Source: Bacillota bacterium (GTDB taxonomy: Bacteria; Bacillota; Sulfobacillia; JABLXB01). Taken from it: DNA of 64,000 nt. Made by a program: the position numbers and the translations under genes. Where the stretch lies: assembly GCA_013178305.1 (NCBI GenBank), contig JABLXB010000005.1, forward strand, positions 128,946-192,945, given 5' to 3'. Below the pieces are notes generated by a model, which was not told the origin of the DNA, did no database searches, and was given only the letters and a program-made list of their open reading frames with translations. Below are positions 1 through 9,521 of this stretch, in pieces (position 1 is the stretch's first letter; every line of letters begins with the position of its first letter).

Positions 1-1
1 G

Positions 2-253
2 CCGCAGCTCACCAGGGAGAGACGACTCGATCTGGTAAAAGGCATCAAGAAGAAGGCGGAGGAGGAACGCGTTTCCATCAGGAACATCCGTCGCGACGCC
101 ATCCAGGAGATCAAGGACGCCGAGAAGGACGGCGACGTGCCCGAGGACCAGAGCAGGAAGGGCCAGGACGACGTGCAGAAGCTGCACGACAGGTTCATGA
201 AGGAGATCGACCAGGTCGTGGATGCGAAAGAGAAGGAGATAATGGAGGTTTGA
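2..253 (+). CDS. frr: ribosome recycling factor, C-terminal fragment (5' end outside window)
   Basis: Frame 2 translates to ...LTRERRLDLVKGIKKKAEEERVSIRNIRRDAIQEIKDAEKDGDVPEDQSRKGQDDVQKLHDRFMKEIDQVVDAKEKEIMEV*, a typical RRF C-terminus. Stop TGA at 251-253. Confidence 0.85.
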   Translation, partial: PQLTRERRLDLVKGIKKKAEEERVSIRNIRRDAIQEIKDAEKDGDVPEDQSRKGQDDVQKLHDRFMKEIDQVVDAKEKEIMEV

Positions 254-483
254 GCGACGTCGACCTCGAGCGACTCCCCGGCATGAGGGCGGGGGTCGCG
301 CGTGAGGCCGCGGAAAGGGCGGGGTTTACTGTGGTCGAGAGGGTGACCCGCCCGCCGTGGGGGGTGCGCGGTGACCTGGAAGCGCGGGTCCTGAGGGTCC
401 GGCGGACCGGTCCCGCGACCATCGAGGTCGTCATAGCATACGAGCAACATCTGTTACAGGATTCACAGAAGCCCCCTCTCTGA
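250..483 (+). CDS. hypothetical small protein (77 aa), low confidence
   Basis: TTG start overlaps the frr stop. GC3 is high over the first ~60 codons. The stop codon lies in the loop of the terminator hairpin at 473-492. No recognisable family. Confidence 0.2.
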   Translation: MSDVDLERLPGMRAGVAREAAERAGFTVVERVTRPPWGVRGDLEARVLRVRRTGPATIEVVIAYEQHLLQDSQKPPL

Positions 484-492
484 GGGGGTTTT
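473..492 (+). terminator. rho-independent terminator-like hairpin (CCCCCTC..GAGGGGG followed by TTTT)
   Basis: Seven-bp GC-rich stem, short loop and T-run, seen directly in the sequence downstream of frr. Confidence 0.45.
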
Positions 493-516
493 GAGTGGGA
501 GGGGGACGCGGGATCG

Positions 517-1221
517 GTGCACGTTGCCATCATCATGGACGGGAACGGCCGCTGGGCTACAAGACGCGGGCTCCCGAGGCTGGCTGGGCACCGCCAGGGT
601 GTCGAGGCGCTCCGGGGAGTGATTGAAGGGTGCGTTGAGGAGGGCGTGGATTACCTGACGCTGTTCGCGTTCTCAACGGAGAACTGGACGCGCCCGAGGC
701 AGGAAGTTGACGGACTCATGTCGCTGCTGGTCGAGTATTTTCAGCGGGAGATCGCCTCGCTCGACCGGAAGGGCGTCCGGATAAGGGTTATCGGTGAGCG
801 CCAGGGAGTGCGGGCAGACATCGTCCGTCTCATCGAGCGGGCGGAGGAACTCACCCGGTCGAACACGAAGCTGGTGCTTACGGTCGCCTTCAATTACGGC
901 GGCAGGGCTGAGATATGCTCGGCGGCGAGGCAGGTGGCGCGCTTGGCGCGGGACGGCCGCCTGGACCCTGAGGAGATCGACGAGGCGGTCTTCGCACGCT
1001 ACCTATATGCGCCGGACCTTCCCGACCCGGACCTCCTGATCAGGCCCAGCGGGGAACTGAGGATTTCGAACTTCCTTCTCTGGCAGCTGGCGTACGCCGA
1101 GATGTGGTTCACGCCGGCGTACTGGCCCGATTTCGGCAAGGAATACCTGCGCCAGGCAATTGCCGAGTTTCGCTTGCGGTCGCGCAGGTACGGCGGTCTT
1201 GATTCCCCGAAAGGGGTATAG
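517..1221 (+). CDS. uppS: undecaprenyl-diphosphate synthase (isoprenyl transferase)
   Basis: GTG start with GGAGGGGGA SD upstream. HVAIIMDGNGRWA, FSTENW and NYGGR motifs of cis-prenyltransferases. Confidence 0.9.
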   Translation: MHVAIIMDGNGRWATRRGLPRLAGHRQGVEALRGVIEGCVEEGVDYLTLFAFSTENWTRPRQEVDGLMSLLVEYFQREIASLDRKGVRIRVIGERQGVRADIVRLIERAEELTRSNTKLVLTVAFNYGGRAEICSAARQVARLARDGRLDPEEIDEAVFARYLYAPDLPDPDLLIRPSGELRISNFLLWQLAYAEMWFTPAYWPDFGKEYLRQAIAEFRLRSRRYGGLDSPKGV

Positions 1222-1226
1222 TCAGC

Positions 1227-2012
1227 GTGCTCTCATTGAGAATACTCAGTGCCGTAACAGGGGGGCCGGCCGTGCTCGTGGCGGCCTGGTACGGCGGGAT
1301 CCCCCTCGCAGTCGTGGTCCTGATTATATCGGTCATCGGTGCGGATGAGTTGACGCACCTTCTGCTGGCGCGGGGAATAGAGGTTTCTCGCGCGCTGGTG
1401 TATACCGGCGCCGTCGCGTGCGTCGGACTCGCGTACCTCGGCGACCCGTGGTACTGGGCGTCGTTCCCGGCGCTTGCCGCGGTGGCGTGTCTCGGGATAC
1501 CGGTGGTCACCCACAGGCGCCCTGGACTTGTGGAGGGCGCGGCGTCATTCCTTTGCGTGATGTACGCGTCCTACCTCCTGGGGCACGTCATGCTCATAAG
1601 GCTGCTCGGTGGCGGTGAAAGGCTGCTGGTGCTGGTGATGGTCGTCACATGGGCCACCGACACAGCGGCGTATTTCGGCGGGATAAGGTTCGGCAGGCGC
1701 CTGATGTGCCCCGAGCTCAGCCCGAAAAAGACGTGGGAAGGCGCGGCTGCGGGTGCACTCGTGGGGGTTGCGGTCTCGGCGTCGCTCGGGGGGTGGGCGG
1801 GGTTCAACCTCGCCGTGGCGGTCGCGCTCGGCGTGGTGGGGACTGCAGCCGCTCAGGTCGGAGACCTGGCGGAGTCCGCAATCAAGAGATACGCCGGCGT
1901 CAAGGATTCGGGCAGGATAATCCCCGGGCACGGCGGGGTGCTGGACAGGTTTGACAGCCTTCTGTTCGCGGCCCCCGTGATGTTCTGGGTGTTCAGGCTG
2001 GTGGGCAGATGA
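1227..2012 (+). CDS. cdsA: phosphatidate cytidylyltransferase
   Basis: GTG start. Multi-TM protein with the C-terminal CTP_transf_1 signature (KKTWEG..SAIKR..KDSG..PGHGGVLDRFDS). Confidence 0.9.
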   Translation: MLSLRILSAVTGGPAVLVAAWYGGIPLAVVVLIISVIGADELTHLLLARGIEVSRALVYTGAVACVGLAYLGDPWYWASFPALAAVACLGIPVVTHRRPGLVEGAASFLCVMYASYLLGHVMLIRLLGGGERLLVLVMVVTWATDTAAYFGGIRFGRRLMCPELSPKKTWEGAAAGALVGVAVSASLGGWAGFNLAVAVALGVVGTAAAQVGDLAESAIKRYAGVKDSGRIIPGHGGVLDRFDSLLFAAPVMFWVFRLVGR

Positions 2013-3052
2013 GGAGTCTTGGGCTGTCAATCATATATAGCCTCGCGTTCATCGGGATATCGTACGTCCTGGTCCGCTTTGTGCTGGGGTTCGTGTGGCC
2101 GTTCGTCCTGGCGGCGGTGTTCGCGGTGATGATCGAGCCCGCGGTTAGCGGCATGCAGCGGTCGAGGGTTCCTCGCGGAATCGCGGTGTTGGTTTCGCTT
2201 TTTCTCCTGGTGACCCTGCTCGTCTTTGTAATCACGCTCGTTCTGTCGAAGTTCATCCACGAGCTCGCCGAACTGTACGACTCGCTTCCGGCGATGTACG
2301 CGTTGGCTGCAGACGCCGCCGCGAAGGCCGCTCAGTCCCTCAGGGAACTCGGCCGCGGGTACTCGATACCGGTGGATCAGTACCTCACGTTCCAGATCGA
2401 GCCGATCTACCGGGGGCTTCAGACCATCCTCGTGAACGTGCTGATGAGCGCCACCAACCTGCCTTCCCTGCTGTTGGGCTTCCTGGTGTCCATGCTGGCG
2501 GCGTTCTTCATGAGCAAGGACAGGGATGTTCTCTCGAGGTTCGCTACGGGGCTTCTGCCGCCCGAGGCGAGGGGCCGGCTGTACGCGGCCAACAAAGACA
2601 TCATCTCCACGTTCCTTTCGATACTCCGGGCCCAGCTCGGGTTGGCCACGGTCACGGGAGTACTGTCGTGCGCGGGCCTCTGGCTTTTCGGGTTTGACTC
2701 ACCCCTCGTGCTGGGGGCGGTGTGCGGGCTGCTCGATTTCCTGCCCCTGTTCGGGCCGTCGCTGGTTTACCTGCCGATGATCCTGTGGGGGATCGGGACG
2801 GGCAACGCGGGGATGGCGATTAAGACGGCGGTGGTGTTCGCGGTGGTCGTGGGTGTGAGGCAGATGCTCGAGCCGAGGATGATAGGGAAGGCCGCGGAGA
2901 TGCACCCGCTGGCGAGCCTGTTCTCGATTTACGTTGGGGTGCGCTTGTTCGGGCCGCTGGGCTTCGTGCTCGGCCCGCTGGCGGCGGTGGTTCTAAGGGC
3001 GCTCATAAGATCCGGTTTGATGCCGGCGTTCAACGGGGGGCGCGGGGCATGA
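2009..3052 (+). CDS. AI-2E family transporter (UPF0118 / PerM / YtvI-like membrane protein)
   Basis: 347 aa, about 8 TM segments. The start overlaps the cdsA stop. Confidence 0.7.
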   Translation: MRSLGLSIIYSLAFIGISYVLVRFVLGFVWPFVLAAVFAVMIEPAVSGMQRSRVPRGIAVLVSLFLLVTLLVFVITLVLSKFIHELAELYDSLPAMYALAADAAAKAAQSLRELGRGYSIPVDQYLTFQIEPIYRGLQTILVNVLMSATNLPSLLLGFLVSMLAAFFMSKDRDVLSRFATGLLPPEARGRLYAANKDIISTFLSILRAQLGLATVTGVLSCAGLWLFGFDSPLVLGAVCGLLDFLPLFGPSLVYLPMILWGIGTGNAGMAIKTAVVFAVVVGVRQMLEPRMIGKAAEMHPLASLFSIYVGVRLFGPLGFVLGPLAAVVLRALIRSGLMPAFNGGRGA

Positions 3053-4221
3053 TTGGCGTGGCGGTACTCGGATCCACCGGCTCGGTGGGCCGGCAGGCGC
3101 TGGACGTTATAAGGCGCCTGGGCAACCAGTTCAGGGTAGTGGGCCTTGCCGCCGGTCACAATGCGTCGCTCCTGATAGAGCAGGCTGGCGAGTTCGCGCC
3201 CGACCTCGTGTGCGTGGGCGACGAGGAGGCCGGTCGCTGCGTACGGGAAGCGGTACCTGGTTGCACTGCCGTCCACTGTGGGAGCGGCGCCGTGGAGGAC
3301 CTCGCCCGCCATCCCTCGGTTGACGTAGTCGTGGCCGCCATAGGGGGTTTCGCCGGCCTTAGACCGGCGCTCGCGGCCGCGGAGGCGGGGAAACGGATCG
3401 CGCTGGCCAGCAAGGAGGCGCTCGTCGTCGCCGGGGGCCTCGTTCTTCAGGCAGCCGCGCGAAACGGCGCGCGGGTGATACCCGTCGATAGCGAGCACAG
3501 CGCGATTTTTCAGTGTATTGAGGGTCAGCGCTCGAGGCCGTCCAGGATCATACTCACAGCGTCCGGAGGGCCCTTCAGGTTGAAGTCAAAGGACGAGCTC
3601 AGGACCGTCACGCCGCAGGAGGCTCTCCGCCACCCGAACTGGCGGATGGGGGCGAAGGTGACGGTCGATTCGGCTACGCTGATGAACAAGGGACTCGAGG
3701 TGATAGAGGCGCACGTTCTCTTTGGAGTCGCATACGACGCGATTGACGTAGTGATACACCCTCAGAGCATAATACATTCTATGGTAGAGATGGTTGACGG
3801 GTCGGTGCTGGCGCAGATGGCGGCGCCGGACATGCGGCTGCCGATTTCCTACGCCCTGGCGTACCCGGACAGGGCGCCCGCGGGGGCGCAGAGGCTCGAT
3901 TTCACCTCGATCCCCCCGCTGACGTTCGAGCGGCCGGACGTGGAGAGGTTTCCCGCGCTCGCGCTGAGCTACAGGGCCGGCAAATCCGGTGGCCTGGTGC
4001 CGGCGGTTCTCAACGCGGCCGACGAGGTTGTGGTCGGCCGCTTCCTCGGGGGCGCGATCCCGTTCACGGCCATACCAGAGGTGATCGGGTCGGTGATGGA
4101 TGCGTTCACACCCGCGCCCGGCATTTTCGACCTGGAGGCCATCACCCGCGCCGACGCGTGGGCGCGCGAGCAGGCGGCGCGGGCCTGCGACCGAATTGAA
4201 CTCAGAGAGGAACGTCGATAA
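3049..4221 (+). CDS. dxr: 1-deoxy-D-xylulose 5-phosphate reductoisomerase
   Basis: N-terminal GSTGSVG NADPH motif, then LASKEALV and DSEHSAIFQ motifs. 390 aa. Confidence 0.95.
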   Translation: MIGVAVLGSTGSVGRQALDVIRRLGNQFRVVGLAAGHNASLLIEQAGEFAPDLVCVGDEEAGRCVREAVPGCTAVHCGSGAVEDLARHPSVDVVVAAIGGFAGLRPALAAAEAGKRIALASKEALVVAGGLVLQAAARNGARVIPVDSEHSAIFQCIEGQRSRPSRIILTASGGPFRLKSKDELRTVTPQEALRHPNWRMGAKVTVDSATLMNKGLEVIEAHVLFGVAYDAIDVVIHPQSIIHSMVEMVDGSVLAQMAAPDMRLPISYALAYPDRAPAGAQRLDFTSIPPLTFERPDVERFPALALSYRAGKSGGLVPAVLNAADEVVVGRFLGGAIPFTAIPEVIGSVMDAFTPAPGIFDLEAITRADAWAREQAARACDRIELREERR

Positions 4222-5228
4222 TGCAGTCTGCGCTGTGGGCGATACTCGGTATAGGTCTCATGATGTTCGTACACGAGCTCGGGCATTACCTGGGCGGCAG
4301 GGCGAACGGAATCAAGGTGGTGGAATTCGCCCTCGGGTTCGGGCCCAAGCTGTTCTCCTTTCGTCGCGGTGAGACTATGTTCTCGGTGAGACTGATCCCT
4401 GTGTGGGCTTACGCGGCGATGGAAGAACGCACGGACCCTCCGGGCAGGGGTTTCCTGGAGAAGAGCGTCCTCCAGCGGATGAGCGTGATGATCGCGGGCC
4501 CGGCAATGAGCCTCCTGCTCGCGGCCGTATTGTTCACTCTCATATTCTCCGCGATCGGGACTCCGCACCCGACAACCGTGATTGAGGAGGTCATGGCGGG
4601 GTACCCCGCCGAGGCAGCGGGGATCAGGAAAGGCGACAGGATTGCGGCGATAAACGACAAGCCGGTGAACTCATGGCAAGACATCGTCTCGGCGTTCCAG
4701 GGCTCCGCCGGTATCAGGACCAGGGTCACCCTTCTTCGCGACGGGCTCACGGTACACTCCGACGTGGTCCCCGTCAAGGGGGACGGGGGGAGGGGAATCG
4801 TGGGCATCCGGCCGGTCCTCGAAATGCGGACTGAAGGGATAGTCCAGGCGATCGGCGACGGGTTCAAGCAGACTTTATGGGTTTCGTCAGCCTGGGTCCG
4901 GCAACTCGCTTCGATCGTGATGGGAAAGGCGAAGCTCGAGATCGTGAGCGCCGTGGGGATCGGCCAGATGATCGGGGAGGCGTCGAGGAACAGCCTCGGT
5001 GACGCCCTGTTCCTGATAGCAGTGTTCAGCGCGGTAGTGGGCCTGGGGAGCCTCCTTCCGCTGCCGGGATTCGATGGTGGGCGACTGCTGTTCCTGGCCA
5101 TCGAGGCAGTGAGGGGAAGACCCGTGGACCCCGACAAGGAGAACCTCTTTCACTTCATCGGGTTCGCGGTGTTGCTCGCGCTTGGTATAGTGATAATCCT
5201 GAGAGACATACAGCGGTTGATGGGATGA
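4221..5228 (+). CDS. rseP: RIP site-2 zinc metalloprotease RseP/RasP
   Basis: HELGHY zinc motif in the first TM, an internal PDZ domain, and C-terminal LPLPGFDGG. ATG overlaps the dxr stop (ATAATG). Confidence 0.9.
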   Translation: MQSALWAILGIGLMMFVHELGHYLGGRANGIKVVEFALGFGPKLFSFRRGETMFSVRLIPVWAYAAMEERTDPPGRGFLEKSVLQRMSVMIAGPAMSLLLAAVLFTLIFSAIGTPHPTTVIEEVMAGYPAEAAGIRKGDRIAAINDKPVNSWQDIVSAFQGSAGIRTRVTLLRDGLTVHSDVVPVKGDGGRGIVGIRPVLEMRTEGIVQAIGDGFKQTLWVSSAWVRQLASIVMGKAKLEIVSAVGIGQMIGEASRNSLGDALFLIAVFSAVVGLGSLLPLPGFDGGRLLFLAIEAVRGRPVDPDKENLFHFIGFAVLLALGIVIILRDIQRLMG

Positions 5229-6373
5229 AAGGGGAAGGCGCCTTGGGACCGGGAACGCGACTCCGGGAGCGGCGCGCGGTGAAGGCCGGGGGGCTGACGA
5301 TCGGTGGCAAAGCACCGGTGTCGGTCCAGGGAATGACCAAATGTGATAGCCACGACGAGCGGGCGCTGCGTGAGCAGGTGTCGCGCTTGGCCGGGGCCGG
5401 CTGCGAAATCGTCCGCATTGCCGTTCCGGACCGCGAGGCGCTCGAGCCGTTCGGCGCGGTTGCGCGGGAATCCCCGATCCCGGTGGTCGCGGACATCCAC
5501 TTCGATTTCAGGCTTGCGCTGGGGGCGCTGGAGGCCGGAGCACACAAGATACGCATCAATCCCGGCAACATCGGGGAAGCCGGCCGCGTGCGCGCAGTCG
5601 CGGCCGCGGCTCTGGAGCGTGGCGTGCCCATAAGGGTGGGCGTGAATTCGGGTTCGTTGGAAAAGGACCTCCTGGAAGAGTACGGCGGGCCGACGGCGCG
5701 CGCGCTTGTCGAAAGCGCGAGGCGACACGTTGTGATGCTGGAGGATGCGGGTTTCCGGGACATCGTCATCTCCCTGAAGTCCTCGCGCGTCCCGGTAATG
5801 GTTGAGGCCTACCGGATAGCGGCGGGTGAGTTCCAGTATCCCTTACACGTCGGAGTCACCGAGACCGGCGCGGGGATGCCGGGGATCGTGAAGTCGGCGG
5901 CGGGAATAGGAGTGCTGCTCCTCGATGGGATCGGGGACACCATAAGGGTATCGCTGACCGGCGACCCGGTGCAGGAGGTGCTGGTGGGACAGCAGATTCT
6001 GGTTGCCGCCGGGCTGCGGAAGGGCAGGCCCGAGATCATATCGTGCCCGACGTGTGGGAGGTGCGCCGCGGACGTGGCGGCTGTGGCGGACGAATTGAGG
6101 CGCCGTCTCGAGGCGGACAAGCCCGACCTGACGGTGGCCGTGATGGGCTGCGAGGTCAACGGGCCCGGCGAGGCCAGAGAGGCCGATGTCGGGATTGCGA
6201 TCGGGAAGGGCCGTGCGGCCATATTTATCGACGGAGAGGTGTTCAAGTCGGTGCCTCTTGACCGGGTGGTGGACGAACTGGTGTCGGCGGTGAGAGAGCG
6301 CGCGGCGAGGCGGGCTGTCAGCGAGGGCTGTGGCTTCGGCCGCAGCGGCGCGGCTGGGGGGCCCGGAGCGTGA
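5225..6373 (+). CDS. ispG: 4-hydroxy-3-methylbut-2-enyl diphosphate synthase (flavodoxin type)
   Basis: GGKAPVSVQGMT, RIAVP, RINPGN and C-terminal CPTCGR cluster motifs. The true start may lie a few codons inside. Confidence 0.9.
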   Translation: MKGEGALGPGTRLRERRAVKAGGLTIGGKAPVSVQGMTKCDSHDERALREQVSRLAGAGCEIVRIAVPDREALEPFGAVARESPIPVVADIHFDFRLALGALEAGAHKIRINPGNIGEAGRVRAVAAAALERGVPIRVGVNSGSLEKDLLEEYGGPTARALVESARRHVVMLEDAGFRDIVISLKSSRVPVMVEAYRIAAGEFQYPLHVGVTETGAGMPGIVKSAAGIGVLLLDGIGDTIRVSLTGDPVQEVLVGQQILVAAGLRKGRPEIISCPTCGRCAADVAAVADELRRRLEADKPDLTVAVMGCEVNGPGEAREADVGIAIGKGRAAIFIDGEVFKSVPLDRVVDELVSAVRERAARRAVSEGCGFGRSGAAGGPGA

Positions 6374-7005
6374 GGGTCGTTGCGATTGTGCCTGCGTACA
6401 ATGAGGAGAAAACAGTTGGAAACGTGATCGAAGTCCTGAGGAGCCTGGACCGGATAGACGAGGTCGTGGTGGTGTCGGACGGCTCGCGGGATTCCACGGC
6501 CGAGGTCGCGCGCCGCGCGGGGGCCACCGTGCTGGAGCTCCGCGACAACGTCGGGAAAGGCGGGGCCATGAAGACCGGGATAGAGAGTACGACCGCCGGC
6601 GTATTCCTGTTCCTCGACGCCGATCTCATCGGACTTGCGGAGGAACACGTTACCGCCCTGATTGCTCCCGTGGTAGACGGGTCCGCTGACATGACAGTAG
6701 GCATCTTTGAACGGGGCAGGGCGGTCACGGATATCGCCCAGGTGGTCGCCCCGCAGCTATCGGGACAGCGCGCTGTGAAGGCGAAGGTACTCTCGGACAT
6801 CCCCGAGCTCGAGGTGGCGCGATTCGGCGTCGAGATAGCGCTCACGAGATACGCAAAACACGAGGGGATCCGCGTGCTGGAGGTGCCCCTGAAGGGCCTC
6901 ACGCACGTGATGAAAGAGGAGAAGATGGGCCTGTCGAAAGGGTTCGTGGCGCGTATGAAAATGTATTGGGACATAATCAGGGCTCACGCGGCGAACAGGG
7001 ACTGA
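6370..7005 (+). CDS. glycosyltransferase family 2 protein (DPM1-like, short)
   Basis: VRVVAIVPAYNEE start, then a DGSxD motif and DADL. 4-bp overlap with the ispG stop. Confidence 0.7.
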   Translation: MRVVAIVPAYNEEKTVGNVIEVLRSLDRIDEVVVVSDGSRDSTAEVARRAGATVLELRDNVGKGGAMKTGIESTTAGVFLFLDADLIGLAEEHVTALIAPVVDGSADMTVGIFERGRAVTDIAQVVAPQLSGQRAVKAKVLSDIPELEVARFGVEIALTRYAKHEGIRVLEVPLKGLTHVMKEEKMGLSKGFVARMKMYWDIIRAHAANRD

Positions 7006-7006
7006 G

Positions 7007-7657
7007 ATGGACGAGCTGGCGGTCCTCACTCGAATAGGGATTGCGGCCCTGCTGGGGGCCGCCGTTGGCTTCGAGAGGGAGCGGGTCAACAGGGCGGCGG
7101 GTCTCAGGACGCACATCCTGGTCTGCGTCGGGGCGGCGCTCGTCATGATAGTCTCGATCAGCATGTCGCTTTCATACCCGGGGTCGGATCCGTCCCGGAT
7201 AGCCGCGCAGGTGGTGACGGGGGTCGGCTTCCTGGGCGCGGGGACGATAATGCGAGAAGGGGCCAGCGTACGAGGCCTGACGACCGCGGCTGCGCTGTGG
7301 GTGGTCTCTGGTCTCGGGCTTGCGGCTGGAGCGGGCATGTACGTGGCCGCGACGATAGCCGCCGCAGCCGTCCTGGCTGCGTTGCACTTCCTGCCGCCCC
7401 TGGAGCGGAGGATTGCCAGGCGCGAGGGAACGGTGTTCGTGAGGATGGAGGATAGGCCGGGACAGCTTGGAAACGTCGCGTGCGTGCTAGGCAGGCACGG
7501 GATCGACATCAGGCACGTGGAGATCGAGCCGGGGGACGACGGAACGGTGGAGGTCTCGTTCCGCGCGCGTTTTCAGGGCGGATTCAAGACCGAGGAGGTT
7601 GCGTCGGACCTCGCGGCGATTGACGGGGTCAGGTCGGTCGAGATACCGCGAGGCTGA
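7007..7657 (+). CDS. MgtC/SapB family membrane protein with a C-terminal ACT-like domain
   Basis: N-terminal LGAAVGFERE...AGLRTHILV MgtC signature and four TM segments. Confidence 0.75.
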   Translation: MDELAVLTRIGIAALLGAAVGFERERVNRAAGLRTHILVCVGAALVMIVSISMSLSYPGSDPSRIAAQVVTGVGFLGAGTIMREGASVRGLTTAAALWVVSGLGLAAGAGMYVAATIAAAAVLAALHFLPPLERRIARREGTVFVRMEDRPGQLGNVACVLGRHGIDIRHVEIEPGDDGTVEVSFRARFQGGFKTEEVASDLAAIDGVRSVEIPRG

Positions 7658-7676
7658 GCGACGCCGGCCACGTTGC

Positions 7677-7705
7677 TTGCATGGGTTTTTTCATTGTGGT
7701 ATACT
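7677..7705 (+). promoter_or_regulatory. sigma-A-like promoter for the rimP-nusA-ylxR-infB operon: -35 TTGCAT, 17-bp spacer, -10 TATACT
   Basis: Read directly. A low-GC island in high-GC DNA sits about 100 nt upstream of the likely rimP start. Confidence 0.55.
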
Positions 7706-7813
7706 TCTAGCAGAGATTGGGTTTTATCGGATGTAGCGAGGCAGAGTGGGTTGAACGACCCACTATTTGTTTGGACTGGAAAACGGGGTCAATTGGAGCG
7801 GGTGTGTGATCGA

Positions 7814-8341
7814 GTGAAGATCAGGGACGTGGAGAAGGCGCTTGAAGATCTGGCGCGGCCGATCGTCCAGGGGATGGGCCTGTCGCTCATCGAGGTGAGG
7901 TTGGCGAGGGAAGGCCCCAGGTGGGTCCTTCGCGTTGTAATCTACAGGCCGGAGGGTGTCGGCCTCGAGGACTGCGAAAAGGTCAGCGAGCGTCTTTCGC
8001 CGGTCCTCGACGAAGCCGACCTGATCGAGACGAGCTACAGCCTCGAGGTTTCGTCGCCTGGCCTCGAGCGCGTCTTTCGCAGGCTTGAGGAGTACGAGGT
8101 GTTCAAGGGACACCGCGTGTACGTGTCGACCTACGCGCCCGTCGAAAGGGCTGGCAGGGAGATCCGGGGGGCGCTCGGTGGCCTCGTGCGCGACGGGGCG
8201 AACGGCGTCGACTCGGTGAGGGTCGTGCTGGACGACGGTGAAGAGGTAGTCATCCCTCTGAAGAACGTTGCGAAGGCCAGGCTGGACGAGGTGGATTTCC
8301 TACCGGCCGCAAAGAGGGGAGGCCGAAGACGTGAACGCTGA
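7814..8341 (+). CDS. rimP: ribosome maturation factor RimP
   Basis: The ORF is open from 7673. The likely start is GTG 7814 (VKIRDVEKALEDLARPIVQGMGL...), which gives about 175 aa, typical of RimP. Confidence 0.8.
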   Translation: MKIRDVEKALEDLARPIVQGMGLSLIEVRLAREGPRWVLRVVIYRPEGVGLEDCEKVSERLSPVLDEADLIETSYSLEVSSPGLERVFRRLEEYEVFKGHRVYVSTYAPVERAGREIRGALGGLVRDGANGVDSVRVVLDDGEEVVIPLKNVAKARLDEVDFLPAAKRGGRRRER

Positions 8342-9518
8342 GTTCATCACCGCGATCGACGAGATCGAGAAGACCAAGGGAATAGCGAAGGACGTGCTTC
8401 TGGAGGCGATCGAGGCCGCGCTGATATCGGCGTACAGGAGGAATTTCGGGTCGTCCCAGAACGTTCGCGTTCACATAGACAGGGAGACCGGCGAGATCAG
8501 GGTATTCTCCCGCCGGGTGGTCGTCCCCGAGGTAACCGACCCGCGGCTCGAGGTCTCACTGGGCGAGGCCCGGGAACTCGACCCCAACTACCAGGAGCAC
8601 GACGTGGTCGAGACGGAGGTCACGCCGAAGGACTTCGGGCGCATAGCGGCGCAGACCGCCAAACAGGTGGTTGTGCAGCGCATCCGCGAGGCGGAGAGGG
8701 GTATCATCTACGAGGAGTTCTCCAGCCGTGAGGGCGACATCGTCACCGGTATCGTGCACAGGCAGGAGAACAGGAACATCATGATCGACCTCGGGAAGGC
8801 CGAGGCCGTGCTTGCCCCGAACGAGCAGATCCCCGGCGAGCTGTACAGGCAGGGGGAGCGCCTCAAAGCGTACATCCTCGAGGTGAGGAAGACCACCAAG
8901 GGGCCGCAGATCATGGTTTCGAGGACCCACCCCGGGCTGCTCAAGCGGCTGTTCGAGTTCGAGGTGCCGGAGATCCACGATGGCGTCGTCGAGATCAAGG
9001 CGATAGCGCGCGAGGCGGGGTCACGGTCGAAGGTCGCCGTGTGGTCCAGGGACGACGCAATCGACCCCGTGCGCGCGTGCGTTGGGCCGAAGGGCGTTCG
9101 CGTGCAGGCGGTGGTCAACGAGCTCAAGGGCGAAAAGATGGACATCGTCCGCTGGTCGCCGTATGTCGAGGAGTTCATCGCCAACTCGCTGAGCCCCGCG
9201 AAGGTTGTCACGGTGCAGATTAACGAGGAGGGCAAAGTCGCGCGGGTCATAGTCCCCGACTACCAGCTCTCTCTCGCCATCGGGAAAGAGGGGCAGAACG
9301 CGCGCCTCTCCGCGAAGCTCACAGGCTGGCGGATCGATATAAGGAGCGAGTCTCAGATTGCGGCCGCGCAGGAACGCGATGAGATGGCCGCCGATGTGTA
9401 CGGCGCCGGTGGAAGCGACGCGGTTGAGGGAGACGGGGCTCCGGCAGGTGACCACGAGGACCTCGGACCTGGCGACGGCGTTCCCGAGGAGGGCGACGGC
9501 CGCGACGGGGGGGTGTAA
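8331..9518 (+). CDS. nusA: transcription termination/antitermination factor NusA
   Basis: GTG 8331 ([18 protein letters not shown]...) with a GAGGGGA SD. NusA_N, S1 and two KH domains, plus a short acidic C-terminal tail. The ORF track begins earlier in the same frame. Confidence 0.9.
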   Translation: MNAEFITAIDEIEKTKGIAKDVLLEAIEAALISAYRRNFGSSQNVRVHIDRETGEIRVFSRRVVVPEVTDPRLEVSLGEARELDPNYQEHDVVETEVTPKDFGRIAAQTAKQVVVQRIREAERGIIYEEFSSREGDIVTGIVHRQENRNIMIDLGKAEAVLAPNEQIPGELYRQGERLKAYILEVRKTTKGPQIMVSRTHPGLLKRLFEFEVPEIHDGVVEIKAIAREAGSRSKVAVWSRDDAIDPVRACVGPKGVRVQAVVNELKGEKMDIVRWSPYVEEFIANSLSPAKVVTVQINEEGKVARVIVPDYQLSLAIGKEGQNARLSAKLTGWRIDIRSESQIAAAQERDEMAADVYGAGGSDAVEGDGAPAGDHEDLGPGDGVPEEGDGRDGGV

Positions 9519-9521
9519 CGG

